From Candidatus Kaiserbacteria bacterium (GTDB lineage Bacteria; Patescibacteriota; Minisyncoccia; Phycocordibacterales; UBA918): DNA of 64,000 bases. The stretch lies in contig JAHQWD010000002.1 of the NCBI GenBank assembly GCA_019634005.1, forward strand, positions 30,969-94,968, given 5' to 3'. This document shows positions 8,765 through 18,213 of the stretch, in pieces. The translations under genes and the position numbers were made by a program. Below the pieces are notes generated by a model. It ran no database searches, was not told the origin of the DNA, and saw nothing but the letters and a program-made list of their open reading frames with translations. Numbering within the stretch: position 1 is the stretch's first letter; the number at the start of each line of letters is the position of its first letter.

Positions 8765-9091
8765 TTATGCGGCCTTAGCTGCCTTAGCTGCTGCGATTTC
8801 CGCTTCCTTCTTCTTCTGCTCAAGCTCCTTCTGCATCTTACCTCCGTGACGGATGAACTTCTTCGTTGGAGAGAACTCTCCAAGACGATGTCCTACCATC
8901 TCTTCAGATACGAAGACCTCGACGTGATCCTTTCCGTTGTGTACCCCAAAGGTAAAGCCAACCATCTCTGGTGAGATCATAGAATCTCGTGCCCAGGTCT
9001 TGATAGTTCCTGCTTCCTTAGGATTCTTTCCAGAAACTTTCTTCAAAAGCTTCTCGTCAACGTATGGACCTTTGTATAGTGATCGTGACAT
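8765..9091 (-). CDS. rpsS: 30S ribosomal protein S19
   Basis: [19 protein letters not shown]...[18 protein letters not shown]; start trimmed to conserved MSRSL at 9091. Confidence 0.93.
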   Translation of the reverse strand: MSRSLYKGPYVDEKLLKKVSGKNPKEAGTIKTWARDSMISPEMVGFTFGVHNGKDHVEVFVSEEMVGHRLGEFSPTKKFIRHGGKMQKELEQKKKEAEIAAAKAAKAA

Positions 9092-9237
9092 AACGAAAAA
9101 ACGCGCAAAAGCGCCCACTTGAGAGTCTCTTATAAAGGTATGTAACGGTCACCCTTAGTAGAGACCCCCAAAACTTATAATTGGTGCCATTTCCTTCCTG
9201 CCAGGGCCGAAAATGACTGAGGTTTTGGAACGGGGCT

Positions 9238-9266
9238 ATAGTATCCGAAATACGTGGTGGTGTCAA
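9238..9266 (-). promoter_or_regulatory. Strong sigma70-like promoter TTGACA-17-TACTAT (minus) for rpsS...rplE
   Basis: Minus read ttgacaccaccacgtatttcggatactat; perfect -35 with 17-nt spacer; immediately follows terminator of upstream small ORF. Confidence 0.55.
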
Positions 9267-9270
9267 TATA

Positions 9271-9300
9271 AAAAGAAAACGCCGAGCCCGAGGGCATGGC
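9271..9300 (-). terminator. Rho-independent terminator after small membrane ORF
   Basis: 8-bp stem AAAACGCC/GGCGTTTT with internal mini-hairpin, then U-tract on minus strand (cgttttctttttat). Confidence 0.5.
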
Positions 9301-9331
9301 GTTTTGGTTGTTTTGGTTGCTGCCGCTACGT

Positions 9332-9478
9332 CTAGTAGCTTGCGACCACCATAGCGGGAACTGCGATGCAGGCAACCACGGCGGCTGTTAGAAGCAGCCC
9401 TGCCAGCAGACACTTTGTCCAAAATAGGGGACGGTCTGCTGCTTTTGCAGCGGCGACGTTTTTAGCAAGATCAGACAT
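9332..9478 (-). CDS. small single-TM protein (48 aa) MSDLAKNVAAAKAADRPLFWTKCLLAGLLLTAAVVACIAVPAMVVASY
   Basis: Not in 60-aa track as a separate ORF (inside spurious 9057..9422); found by reading: SD AAGGAG 7 nt before ATG at 9478, stop TAG at 9334-9332, terminator downstream. Confidence 0.5.
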   Translation of the reverse strand: MSDLAKNVAAAKAADRPLFWTKCLLAGLLLTAAVVACIAVPAMVVASY

Positions 9479-9581
9479 TTGTTTTCTCCTTGTGAGGGCG
9501 ATTCACCACCTGGTGAATACTTTTATACCCTCACTTTCTAATTATAGTATATCATCTATAGACACTTCTGTCAAGTAATTT

Positions 9582-9830
9582 CTATCGTATTCTCTGAAAT
9601 ATGGCTCTATGTAAGCGTAGAATACGCTTAAACACCCGTGTAGACGCTACCCACCGCTCTATAGGCTCTAATACACCACAGAGAATAAGGGCTAGTACGA
9701 GTAAAAAGAGCCCCAGAAGCACCTCAACCGTCGCTTCAAGCCCATAGAGGGCATAGGTAGTACTTGATATAAACGCAGACGGAATCACAATCGTTACATA
9801 CGCAGCCGCTTTCAGGACACTCTTTGTCAT
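9582..9830 (-). CDS. small membrane protein (82 aa)
   Basis: Start trimmed to ATG at 9830 preceded by GGAGG; two predicted TM helices (VTIVIPSAFISSTTYALYGL, LLGLFLLVLALILCGVL). Confidence 0.45.
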   Translation of the reverse strand: MTKSVLKAAAYVTIVIPSAFISSTTYALYGLEATVEVLLGLFLLVLALILCGVLEPIERWVASTRVFKRILRLHRAIFQRIR

Positions 9831-9874
9831 TGTGCCTCCATTGTATACCGCATCCAAAGAAAAAGGCGTCCGTA

Positions 9875-10210
9875 TCAACAGACGCCTCCTGGATACATCG
9901 GTATCCACTTCTTTGGATGGGATACGCCGTAACGCACCCGCAGATAGTGTCGGAGGGACCAGTCATTAACAATCTGACACACCCTCTGCCAACACTTTCG
10001 TATGAACTCTCGGTGTATGCCAACACGTATAGCAATCAGCAAATACGTGCCGATAAACACCGAGTATTGCAGGAGCCACAAAGCAACCAGAACGCAGAGT
10101 AGTATCTGCATCAGCCCGAAGTTCTGATAGAGCCACACAGAAATTCCTGCCGTACTTGCCCATGGACCGAGAACAAGTACAAGAAAAAACGAATGGATTC
10201 TCTCTAACAT
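9875..10210 (-). CDS. small membrane protein (111 aa)
   Basis: Start trimmed to ATG at 10210 preceded by AGGGGAGAG; hydrophobic FFLVLVLGPWASTAGISVWLY, ILLCVLVALWLLQYSVFIGTYLLIAI. Confidence 0.45.
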   Translation of the reverse strand: MLERIHSFFLVLVLGPWASTAGISVWLYQNFGLMQILLCVLVALWLLQYSVFIGTYLLIAIRVGIHREFIRKCWQRVCQIVNDWSLRHYLRVRYGVSHPKKWIPMYPGGVC

Positions 10211-10257
10211 GTTCTCTCCCCTTATTTGATCAGCCGACCAAAATCCTACCACAAAAC

Positions 10258-10286
10258 AAAAAAGCCCCCAAGGGGGCTTTTTTGAT
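10258..10286. terminator. Palindromic rho-independent terminator directly after rplB (aaaaaagcccccaagggggcttttttg)
   Basis: 7-bp GC-rich stem with A/T tracts both sides; terminates the rplC-rplB unit before the inserted small genes. Confidence 0.65.
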
Positions 10287-10297
10287 AAGAAATATCT

Positions 10298-11158
10298 CTA
10301 TTTCTTTGAAGTCATAAGCTTACCTGGCTTACGACGAGATACGATAAGTCGATCAGAGTACTTCTTCGGCTTACGTGTCTTTTGTCCCTTACCAGTAGGG
10401 CGACCCTGCTTGGTACGCTGACGACGATGTCCTCGTGGTGAGCGTCCCTCTCCACCTCCGTGTGGGTGGTCTACCGGGTTACGTGCTGCTCCACGTGTCT
10501 TCGGACGAAGACCCATGTGACGTGCACGTCCTGCCTTACCAATAGTGACGAGCTGGTGCTCTTCGTTAGACACCTCTCCGACGGTTGCCCATGCGGTAGA
10601 GATAACCTTACGAATCTCAGTAGATGGCAGCCTGATCTGCGTATATCCAGAGTCATGCGCTACTACCTCAGCACGGTTTCCTGCAGAACGCACGAGACGT
10701 GCACCTGCGTTTGGCTTAAGCTCGATGTTGTACACGAAGGTACCTGAAGGAATCTTGCCAAGCGGAAGACGGTTTCCTGTCTTCGGCTTTGCCTCCTCTG
10801 ACACCTCAAAGGTGTCTCCTACCTTCATGTCCTGTGGTGCAAGGATGTATCGTCGTTCTCCATCTGCATAGAGTACGAGTGCGATGAATCCTGAGCGATT
10901 TGGATCGTACTCGATAGATTCAATCTTCGCTGGTACACCCTTCTTGTCGAACTTAAAGTCGATCTGTCGGTAGGTACGTTTGTTACCTGCACCACGGTAG
11001 TGGGTGGTAATACGTCCCTGACTGTTACGTCCACCGGTAGATCGCTTACCCTTCGTAAGTGACTTAAGCGGCTTGTTTTTCGTAGTTGAGAGTTTCTCGC
11101 GGTAATCGATAACACTTGCTCCACGACGGCCGGCTGATGTTGGTTTGTATTTTTTCAT
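10298..11158 (-). CDS. rplB: 50S ribosomal protein L2
   Basis: MKKYKPTSAGRRGASVIDY...GGGEGRSPRGHRRQ typical L2. Confidence 0.95.
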   Translation of the reverse strand: MKKYKPTSAGRRGASVIDYREKLSTTKNKPLKSLTKGKRSTGGRNSQGRITTHYRGAGNKRTYRQIDFKFDKKGVPAKIESIEYDPNRSGFIALVLYADGERRYILAPQDMKVGDTFEVSEEAKPKTGNRLPLGKIPSGTFVYNIELKPNAGARLVRSAGNRAEVVAHDSGYTQIRLPSTEIRKVISTAWATVGEVSNEEHQLVTIGKAGRARHMGLRPKTRGAARNPVDHPHGGGEGRSPRGHRRQRTKQGRPTGKGQKTRKPKKYSDRLIVSRRKPGKLMTSKK

Positions 11159-11168
11159 ACGTTTTTAC

Positions 11169-11522
11169 TTAGGCAAGCGTAATAGTGTCTCCCTCCTTGA
11201 GGTAGACATACGCTTTCTTAAGCCCTTTAACACCAATAACTCGACCTTTTGTTCGCTTCATAACACGGCGTGGCTGCTGCGTTACCGTACGCACCTTCAC
11301 CGGTGTTACTCCGTAGAGTTCCTTTACTGCATCCCGTACGTCGTATTTAGACGCATCACGACGAATCTCAAAGGTATATACATTGTTGTCTACACCAAGG
11401 AGCGCCTTCTCCGTCACACGAGGACGAATGATCACTCCAGAGATATCACGTGGCGCTACAGCGCGCGGTGCCTCTTTCTTCTCTACGGTCTTCTCTTCTT
11501 TCTTAGATCCAAAGATTCCCAT
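11169..11522 (-). CDS. rplW: 50S ribosomal protein L23
   Basis: ...IIRPRVTEKALLGVDNNVYTFEIRRDASKYDVRDAVKELYGV... typical L23. Confidence 0.92.
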   Translation of the reverse strand: MGIFGSKKEEKTVEKKEAPRAVAPRDISGVIIRPRVTEKALLGVDNNVYTFEIRRDASKYDVRDAVKELYGVTPVKVRTVTQQPRRVMKRTKGRVIGVKGLKKAYVYLKEGDTITLA

Positions 11523-11527
11523 ACGCG

Positions 11528-12208
11528 TTATTTAGCCTTTGCGGAAGATCCAACACGAGTCTCGAAGATTTCGAGCGCCGCTTCTGGCTCTGCCACAATG
11601 ACGTACTTAAAGGTGAGTAAATCGACCGGGTTAATGTCCTTTGCTTGAGACACTACCACGTTTCCAAAGTTACGGAAACTACGTTCTACGTTCTCATCAC
11701 GTGATGGAAGAACGATAAGTGCAGCATTCTTTCGCTTTGTGGAAAGCATCTCAGACCCCTTGATGCTACCGAGAGCAGTGATGACGTTCTTCGCATCAGC
11801 TGCCTTTGGTGCCTCAAATCCGAATGCATCCACGAAGAGAATCTCCTTGTCTGCGTTCTTCTTAGAAAGTACGGTTGCAAGCGCCTTGGCACGCACCTTC
11901 TTGTTGATCTTCTTGCTGTAGTCCTTTTCAGAGAGTGGTCCATGGGTGACTCCTCCTCCTGTCCAGATTGGAGAACGACGAGATCCGTGACGCGCACGTC
12001 CAGTACCCTTCTGCTTCCACGGCTTCTTTCCTCCACCGCGAACCTCAGAACGGTCCTTCGCATCTGCTGTCCCCGCACGTGCGTTCGACTGCATAGATAC
12101 CACCACCTCGTGAACGAGGTCTGCGTTCCATGCCACGTCAAACACCTCCTTTGGCAAAGTGATATCACTCACTTTCTTTCCTTCAATAGAGTATACGTTT
12201 GCTTTCAT
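11528..12208 (-). CDS. rplD: 50S ribosomal protein L4
   Basis: ...GGGKKPWKQKGTGRARHGSRRSPIWTGGGVTHGP... typical L4. Confidence 0.95.
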   Translation of the reverse strand: MKANVYSIEGKKVSDITLPKEVFDVAWNADLVHEVVVSMQSNARAGTADAKDRSEVRGGGKKPWKQKGTGRARHGSRRSPIWTGGGVTHGPLSEKDYSKKINKKVRAKALATVLSKKNADKEILFVDAFGFEAPKAADAKNVITALGSIKGSEMLSTKRKNAALIVLPSRDENVERSFRNFGNVVVSQAKDINPVDLLTFKYVIVAEPEAALEIFETRVGSSAKAK

Positions 12209-12211
12209 ATG

Positions 12212-12832
12212 CTAGATGCTACGAACTTCGACTAATGTTCCCTTTCGACCTGGTACGGCTCCTGATACCACGAGGACATTGTCCTCTGTGTTCACCTGAA
12301 GCACTTTAAGATTCTTTACACTGACGCGGTCACTTCCCATGCGTCCCGCCATACGTGTTCCTTTTTGCACCCGCTGGATGCCTCCAATACCGATAGATCC
12401 CGGCGCACGAAGGGTATGCTTCTGTCCGTGAGATCCAGGACCTCCACCGAAGTTGTATCGTTTTACAACTCCCTGGAATCCCTTACCCTTTGAAACCGCA
12501 GAAACCACAATCTGGTCACCTGGCTCAAAGACGGATGCATCCATAGTCTGTCCTACTTCCATTCCTTCGATGTTCTCATCGAAGTTAGTACGTGGACGAA
12601 ACTCCTTCATGAACTTCGCCGCTCCTCCCTCGATACCACGCTGTGCTTTCGCTACACGTGACTCTTTCTGAGGAACAGTCGCGATCTGTACGGCATCATA
12701 CCCATCCTTCTCTGTACCCTTCACCTGCGTGATAGTTGCAGGGGATACCCGGAGGATGGTCGCAGCCATAACCTCTCCGTCTTCGTTGAAGACTTGGGTC
12801 ATGCGCTCCTTAGTACCGACAATGAATTTCAT
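12212..12832 (-). CDS. rplC: 50S ribosomal protein L3
   Basis: MKFIVGTKERMTQVF...KGKGFQGVVKRYNFGGGPGSHG typical L3. Confidence 0.95.
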   Translation of the reverse strand: MKFIVGTKERMTQVFNEDGEVMAATILRVSPATITQVKGTEKDGYDAVQIATVPQKESRVAKAQRGIEGGAAKFMKEFRPRTNFDENIEGMEVGQTMDASVFEPGDQIVVSAVSKGKGFQGVVKRYNFGGGPGSHGQKHTLRAPGSIGIGGIQRVQKGTRMAGRMGSDRVSVKNLKVLQVNTEDNVLVVSGAVPGRKGTLVEVRSI

Positions 12833-13117
12833 TACTGAATATGTCTTTGTGACTTATAAAAGCTTTCAAGTGACCTCCAAAACAAAAACCGCATATAGCG
12901 GAGCACAAGCTCACGAATATACGCGGTCTTTGTGCCCATTGGTCCGTCCGTAAACGTACGTAGGTCTTTTAAAAGCTGTGGGCAGTATACGGGTATTTGG
13001 GGAGATTGCAAGCTTTGAGCTTATGCGTATCCCCGTGCGAAAGAAGTCCTACACACAAACTCCCAAAGCCGTAACCGTGAAATAATATCTGTGGCATCAT
13101 TAGTATACAAAAGTCCC

Positions 13118-13160
13118 TTGAACACGCGAAGTGTCCAAGGGACAAAGGGTCAAAGACCAA
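13118..13160 (-). terminator. Rho-independent terminator after inserted high-GC gene
   Basis: Minus read gtcccttggacacttcgcgtgttcaagggac + ttttgtatac. Confidence 0.5.
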
Positions 13161-13170
13161 AGTGCAGAGG

Positions 13171-13766
13171 TCAGACGGTCTGTTGCTGAACCACCAGACG
13201 ACGGCGGTCGCCCGCGCCCCAGACGCCGTCGTAAGCAAAGCATTCCACGCTCGCCCTGAGCTTGCCAACGTACACGCAGACGCGGGCGACAAACAGCTCA
13301 CCGTTTACCTCAAAAAGGAAGAACGTGCCGCAACCTTCTTGCCGAAGTGAGTAGCGATGATTGCGACAGAACTCGACAATCTGCCCTTGATGCAGAACGA
13401 GTTTACACGGATCGCCATGTGATTCAAACAGCTGTTTGAACGTGCCGTTGCGTGTCATTTCATGCACGTCAACAGCGGTCTCGGGAGTGTCTTTGCCGGG
13501 AACATTGGTGCCCCAGTTTCTGAAGTCACCGTCGAGGTAGCCCGTAAAGACGTCAGTCGCTTCGGCGAGCGTCGTCTCGCCCCTGGTCGGAGCGAGAGTG
13601 ACGGTTCTGAGGTGGCGAGTGTATTCCCGTTCTTCTTCCGCCGCAAGACCGGAAAGAAATTTTTTCAACCCTTTCGGGTTGTCAATCCACCCCTGCATTA
13701 CACCCGAAGACATGGCCGGCACATTCTCAAACATGCAGGCCCAGAATTTCATCTCTTGCTTACTCA
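13171..13766 (-). CDS. hypothetical protein (198 aa), compositionally distinct (high GC) gene inserted between rpsJ and rplC
   Basis: Start trimmed to ATG at 13766 (MSKQEMKFWACMF..., AGGAAA upstream). GC-rich stretches (ccagacgacggcggtcgcccgcgccccagacgccgtcg) unlike flanking ribosomal genes. No motif recognised. Confidence 0.5.
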
Positions 13767-13857
13767 TGACGTTTTTTCCTTTCCAGGATTTCGTCGTTGA
13801 CAAAATACTCTAAACTACTTTTTGGTATACTATATCTACAGAAGTTTGTCAAACACA

Positions 13858-13886
13858 ACAAAACCCGCCAAACGGCGGGTTTTGTC
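13858..13886 (-). terminator. Rho-independent terminator after rpsJ (aaaacccgccgtttggcgggttttg on minus)
   Basis: 6-7 bp GC stem + U-tract; followed by TTGACA-17-TATACC promoter-like sequence for the inserted gene. Confidence 0.55.
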
Positions 13887-13903
13887 TACTGTGACAACAA
13901 TCC

Positions 13904-14260
13904 TTACATCATCTTCACGTCAATGTTGACGCCAGATGGCAAAGAAAGATTAGTGAGTGCCTCAACGACTTTCGCACTCGGATTCAAGATATCGATAACA
14001 CGCTTGTGCATTCGCATCTCGAATTGTTCTCGCGCATCTTTGTACACGAATGTTGAACGATTCACCGTATATTTCTTAATCTCAGTGGGAAGCGGGATTG
14101 GACCAACAACCTTCGCGTCAAAACGCATAGCGGTGTCGATAATCTGCTTTACTGAGGCATCAAGAATTTTGTGCTCGTACGCACGGACTCGAATCCGGAG
14201 TTTATTGATGTCCCCAGGCATCGCGTCCTTCTTTGCTTTAGTGTCTGTTTTTGTTGTCAT
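13904..14260 (-). CDS. rpsJ: 30S ribosomal protein S10
   Basis: ...[43 protein letters not shown]... typical S10; ATG at 14221 (SD GAAGGA) is an alternative start. Confidence 0.93.
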   Translation of the reverse strand: MTTKTDTKAKKDAMPGDINKLRIRVRAYEHKILDASVKQIIDTAMRFDAKVVGPIPLPTEIKKYTVNRSTFVYKDAREQFEMRMHKRVIDILNPSAKVVEALTNLSLPSGVNIDVKMM

Positions 14261-14286
14261 AGATCAGTTTTGTTTGAGTCTTCGCC

Positions 14287-15477
14287 TTACGCGATAATCT
14301 TTGTTACCACTCCAGCTCCAACAGTCTTACCACCCTCACGGATAGCGAAGTTCTTCTGCTCCTCGAGCGCAATTGGCGCTACAAGTTTCACCTTAAAGGT
14401 TGCAGTGTCTCCTGGCATAACCATCTCTGTTCCCTCGGCAAGCGTAACGTCTCCTGTTACGTCTGTCGTTCCGATGTAGAACTGTGGCTTGTATCCAGAG
14501 AAGAATGGTGTGTGACGACCTCCTTCGTCCTTACCAAGTACGTATACCTCAGCCTCGAACTCTGTGTGCGGAGTGATAGATCCCTTCGCAGCAAGTACCT
14601 GTCCTCGGTGTACGTCCTCCTTCTTAGTTCCGCGGAGAAGAATTCCCGCGTTGTCTCCAGCCTGTGCAGAATCTAGAGACTTGTTGAACATCTCAACACC
14701 AGTAACGGTGGTGACGGTAGTATCCTTGATACCAACGATCTCTACTTCGTCTCCAACCTTAACCTGACCGCGCTCTACACGACCAGTTACTACTGTTCCA
14801 CGTCCTTCAATTGAGAAGATGTCCTCAATTGGCATAAGGAATGGCTTGTCGAGCTCTCGCTCTGGCTCTGGGAAGTACTCATCCATCGCATCTACAAGCT
14901 CAATAACCTTCGCTCCCCAGTCGCCTGCAGGCTCCTCAAGCGCCTTAAGTCCTGAACCCTTGATGATTGGTGCATTCTCACCATCAAATCCGTTTGCAGT
15001 AAGAAGCTCACGAAGCTCCTCCTCTACGAGCATTACCATCTCCTCATCGTCAACCATGTCGGTCTTGTTAAGGAATACGATAATCTTTGGTACTCCAACC
15101 TGCTTTGCAAGAAGTACGTGCTCACGAGTCTGAGGCATCGCTCCATCAGTCGCAGCTACTACGAGTACCGCACCATCCATCTGTGCAGCACCAGTGATCA
15201 TGTTCTTGATGTAGTCGGCGTGACCTGGCGCATCGATGTGCGCGTAGTGACGCTTTGGTGTCTCGTACTCAGAGTGAGAAAGAGAAATAGTAATACCACG
15301 CGCCTTCTCCTCTGGCGCCTTGTCAATGTCTCCAACGTCCTTAAGGTTTGCGGCGTAGCCGTCTCCCTTTGCGTTGAGCACATTTAGAATTGCGGCAGTA
15401 AGCGTAGTCTTACCGTGGTCAACGTGACCAATAGTTCCTACGTTTACGTGCGGCTTTGAACGATCAAAATCTGCCAT
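14287..15477 (-). CDS. tuf: elongation factor Tu
   Basis: [30 protein letters not shown]... full-length EF-Tu. Confidence 0.97.
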   Translation of the reverse strand: MADFDRSKPHVNVGTIGHVDHGKTTLTAAILNVLNAKGDGYAANLKDVGDIDKAPEEKARGITISLSHSEYETPKRHYAHIDAPGHADYIKNMITGAAQMDGAVLVVAATDGAMPQTREHVLLAKQVGVPKIIVFLNKTDMVDDEEMVMLVEEELRELLTANGFDGENAPIIKGSGLKALEEPAGDWGAKVIELVDAMDEYFPEPERELDKPFLMPIEDIFSIEGRGTVVTGRVERGQVKVGDEVEIVGIKDTTVTTVTGVEMFNKSLDSAQAGDNAGILLRGTKKEDVHRGQVLAAKGSITPHTEFEAEVYVLGKDEGGRHTPFFSGYKPQFYIGTTDVTGDVTLAEGTEMVMPGDTATFKVKLVAPIALEEQKNFAIREGGKTVGAGVVTKIIA

Positions 15478-15738
15478 ATTCGTAAATAATTTAGCTTATA
15501 TTCTATCCGCACCGTACTGCCATTGTATTAAATGGAGGTACGTATGGAGTGGTAAGGGCGCGAGAACGCAGTGCCTTACCGCTACATACATAAATTCGAT
15601 AAAGAGCGATGCTCCTCACCGACCCTCTACACGCCAAAAAGCGCATAAAGAGCGATGCGGTGTCCGCCATGGTACATGAGTGCGCCATATTTTGCAATAC
15701 CAAAAAGCCGCGCCGATGTGGCGCGACTTTATTCATTG

Positions 15739-16218
15739 TCAGTGAACGAGCTTCGTTTCCTCGGCATGCTGAACGAGAAGGGTATCGAAAAGCTTTTGCT
15801 CTGCCGCAAAGGCATCCTCGAGTACTTCGTACTCGCCAGCAATAGTGCTTTCAGTAGACACGTGCACTTCTTGCTCTGTGTGAAGCAGTGCATGGTGTGC
15901 GTCTTGAGGAACGCGACCGCAGATACACGGTGAGCCAGTGTTGAACTGCTCCATCCAATGCGTCAGTTTCGGGCACTGCTTGCCCGAAACACGCGCTGCG
16001 ATGATTACTGAGAAATACGGGTCTTTGCTGTTCGACCCATATGCGACAATCAGTCGCGTCACGGGAATTCCCAGCAAACGAACACTTGTTCCGTGAATCC
16101 CAACAGATCCGTGTATCTGGTACCAGCCCTCGTGCCTAAATGCAAACAGGGCGAGGGTACTTTTCATCGTTCTGAAGCTTGGCGTTACCACCAGAGCCTT
16201 CTTTCCGTCGAACGGCAT
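15739..16218 (-). CDS. hypothetical protein (159 aa)
   Basis: ORF with terminator-like hairpin downstream (15690-15725); weak AYGSN and HGT/CICGR motifs, not assignable. Confidence 0.45.
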   Translation of the reverse strand: MPFDGKKALVVTPSFRTMKSTLALFAFRHEGWYQIHGSVGIHGTSVRLLGIPVTRLIVAYGSNSKDPYFSVIIAARVSGKQCPKLTHWMEQFNTGSPCICGRVPQDAHHALLHTEQEVHVSTESTIAGEYEVLEDAFAAEQKLFDTLLVQHAEETKLVH

Positions 16219-16341
16219 GACACTCTCCCTTTTCTGTTTTACCGTAGTTTATACTACACCCAGATCTGTTATTTGACAATAACTCTTATACACTGTCTAA
16301 AATACACCGTATTGATTTTGTCTTTTGATACAATTGAGGGA

Positions 16342-17466
16342 ATGCTTAAAAGTCTTCTCAAAAAGATACGTTCAAAAAAGAAATACGAGCGGCTTATAAA
16401 GGTGGTGATCGATAGTGCGGCAATCAAGCATAATCTCTCTGTATTCCAGACACAGTACAATGTCGCTGTCGCTCCAGTACTGAAGAGTAATGCGTACGGA
16501 CACGGTCTCGTTGAGATAGGAAACATAGTAGACACAGAAGAGATTCCTTTTATTTGTGTCGACACGTTCTTTGAGGCACTCACACTCCGCAGTAGTGGTA
16601 TACAAAAACCCATTCTCATCATCGGCTACACACCCCATGAGACAATCGTGCACAATAAACTGAGAAACACTTCTTTTGCAGTCATAAGTCTTGAAGAGCT
16701 TAAACGACTTGCCACTTCAAAAAAACCCGCTTCAATACACCTCAAGATAGACACAGGCATGCATCGCCACGGTGTCCATGTTGAAGAACTCCATGAAGCC
16801 CTTAATCTCATTGCACACTCTTCGCTTATACTCGAAGGTGTCTACACACACCTTGCAGATGCAGACACCAAAGGTTCTACACTTACCGATACGCAGATTG
16901 ATGCGTGGAATACTGCGGTACAGACCATACGATCCCACATCCCAACCGTCACATACTTCCACTGCGGACACTCTGCGGGAAGTTTCTATTCCAAGCATAT
17001 AGATGCTAATGGTATTCGCTTGGGAATTGGGCTCTACGGAGTCAATGTCGGACTTGATGACCTAGATCTCAAACCAGCGTTAGAGATGAAGACAAGAATC
17101 ACCAGTATCAAAACGCTCAAACAAGGAGAAACCATCGGGTACAATGGCACCTTTACCGCAGAAAAAGACATGCGTGTGGCAACAATCCCTGTTGGATATA
17201 ACGAGGGACTTGACCGAAGACTTTCAAATAAAGGGAGTGTGTTAGTACACGGAACAGTCTGCCCTATTCTTGGAAGAGTTAACATGAATATCACGTCTAT
17301 TGATGTATCCCAGATCCCAGACATTAAACTCGATGATGAAGTGACCATCATTAGTGGTGACAAGACACAGCCAAACTCCATAGAGCACCTGGCAAAGCTT
17401 TGCGAAACTATCCCCTATGAACTCCTTGTTCATATACAGAGTACTCTCTACAGGAAAGTTATATAA
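16342..17466 (+). CDS. alr: alanine racemase
   Basis: VAVAPVLKSNAYGHGLVEIG (PLP-Lys region) and C-terminal YNEGLDRRLSNKGSVLVHG...PILGRVNMNITSIDV typical Alr; start trimmed to ATG 16342. Confidence 0.9.
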   Translation: MLKSLLKKIRSKKKYERLIKVVIDSAAIKHNLSVFQTQYNVAVAPVLKSNAYGHGLVEIGNIVDTEEIPFICVDTFFEALTLRSSGIQKPILIIGYTPHETIVHNKLRNTSFAVISLEELKRLATSKKPASIHLKIDTGMHRHGVHVEELHEALNLIAHSSLILEGVYTHLADADTKGSTLTDTQIDAWNTAVQTIRSHIPTVTYFHCGHSAGSFYSKHIDANGIRLGIGLYGVNVGLDDLDLKPALEMKTRITSIKTLKQGETIGYNGTFTAEKDMRVATIPVGYNEGLDRRLSNKGSVLVHGTVCPILGRVNMNITSIDVSQIPDIKLDDEVTIISGDKTQPNSIEHLAKLCETIPYELLVHIQSTLYRKVI

Positions 17467-17471
17467 ATCAA

Positions 17472-17500
17472 AAAGCCGTCTTCTTTCGAGAGACGGCTCT
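17472..17500. terminator. Stem-loop between convergent alr (+) and beta-rich secreted protein (-)
   Basis: agccgtct-tctttcgag-agacggct 8-bp stem; weak U-tracts. Confidence 0.4.
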
Positions 17501-17520
17501 TCAAGAACTCGGTACAAAAC

Positions 17521-18119
17521 TTAGAACTTGTACTTGATCGCCACCTGAACAGTTGTGGTATCACCGAAGATGCCCACCTCTGTTCCAACTTCAAACGGCA
17601 GGGATTTCACGTTCATCCACACCTGTGGTTGGGCGACATTCGGGGCATTGTGCCGTATCCGAACGAAACCCGAGGTATAGATGTCGATGTTATCCGTCAG
17701 TCGGACATTCTCCGACAACCATGCGAACTTAACCTGTGCTCGATCGCCAGCATCATGCGTTACCGCAGGATACCAAGTGGCTCTTACGAACTTCATTCCC
17801 GGAACTGAGAGTTGGATACCAGCCCCAGCTTTGACGGTGAAGCCGCCGTTGGTGGCGCCAACCTCCGTCGAAGCGAAAGCGTATTTGCTCAGAGAGCAAT
17901 CGACGACGTGGTTTGTGAAGAAGTCCTTCGACGTGTTCGTGACATAGAGATCAACGAACCCGAAACCTCCGCATGTGCCTTTTTTCCAGGCGTATTCGGG
18001 AGTAACGGTCGTGAGACCGCCGTTGTTCACCGCCTGTAGTATATGAACGTCCCCCACAAGGAAGTCATCTGCGTAGACTGGTGTGGCAAGTAGCATTAGT
18101 GCCAAAGAGCTTTTTAACA
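17521..18119 (-). CDS. secreted beta-rich protein, possible outer-membrane beta-barrel (OmpW/OmpA-like); uncertain
   Basis: GTG start at 18119 (SD AGGAGGA) gives signal peptide VLKSSLALMLLATPVYA|DD; alternating hydrophobic pattern and C-terminal ...VQVAIKYKF (terminal Phe as in OM barrels). Confidence 0.5.
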
Positions 18120-18155
18120 CGCGATCCTCCTCTTTTTGATTGCGCTGTCCCTCGT

Positions 18156-18184
18156 ATAATAACACACTGATAACCTCATGTCAA
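18156..18184 (-). promoter_or_regulatory. Sigma70-like promoter TTGACA-17-TATTAT (minus) for beta-rich protein gene
   Basis: Minus read ttgacatgaggttatcagtgtgttattat. Confidence 0.5.
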
Positions 18185-18210
18185 AAAAGACCCCTTTCGG
18201 GGTCTTTTTT
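18184..18210. terminator. Rho-independent terminator after fusA (aaaaaagacccctttcggggtctttttt)
   Basis: Perfect 7-bp stem GACCCC/GGGGTC flanked by A6/T6. Confidence 0.65.
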
Positions 18211-18213
18211 GAC

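Noticed and set aside
15596-15665. Direct 14-bp repeat ataaagagcgatgc twice, 48 bp apart, upstream of tuf
   Set aside because: Only two copies, no symmetry, plausibly chance or a minor promoter-region duplication; insufficient evidence for function.
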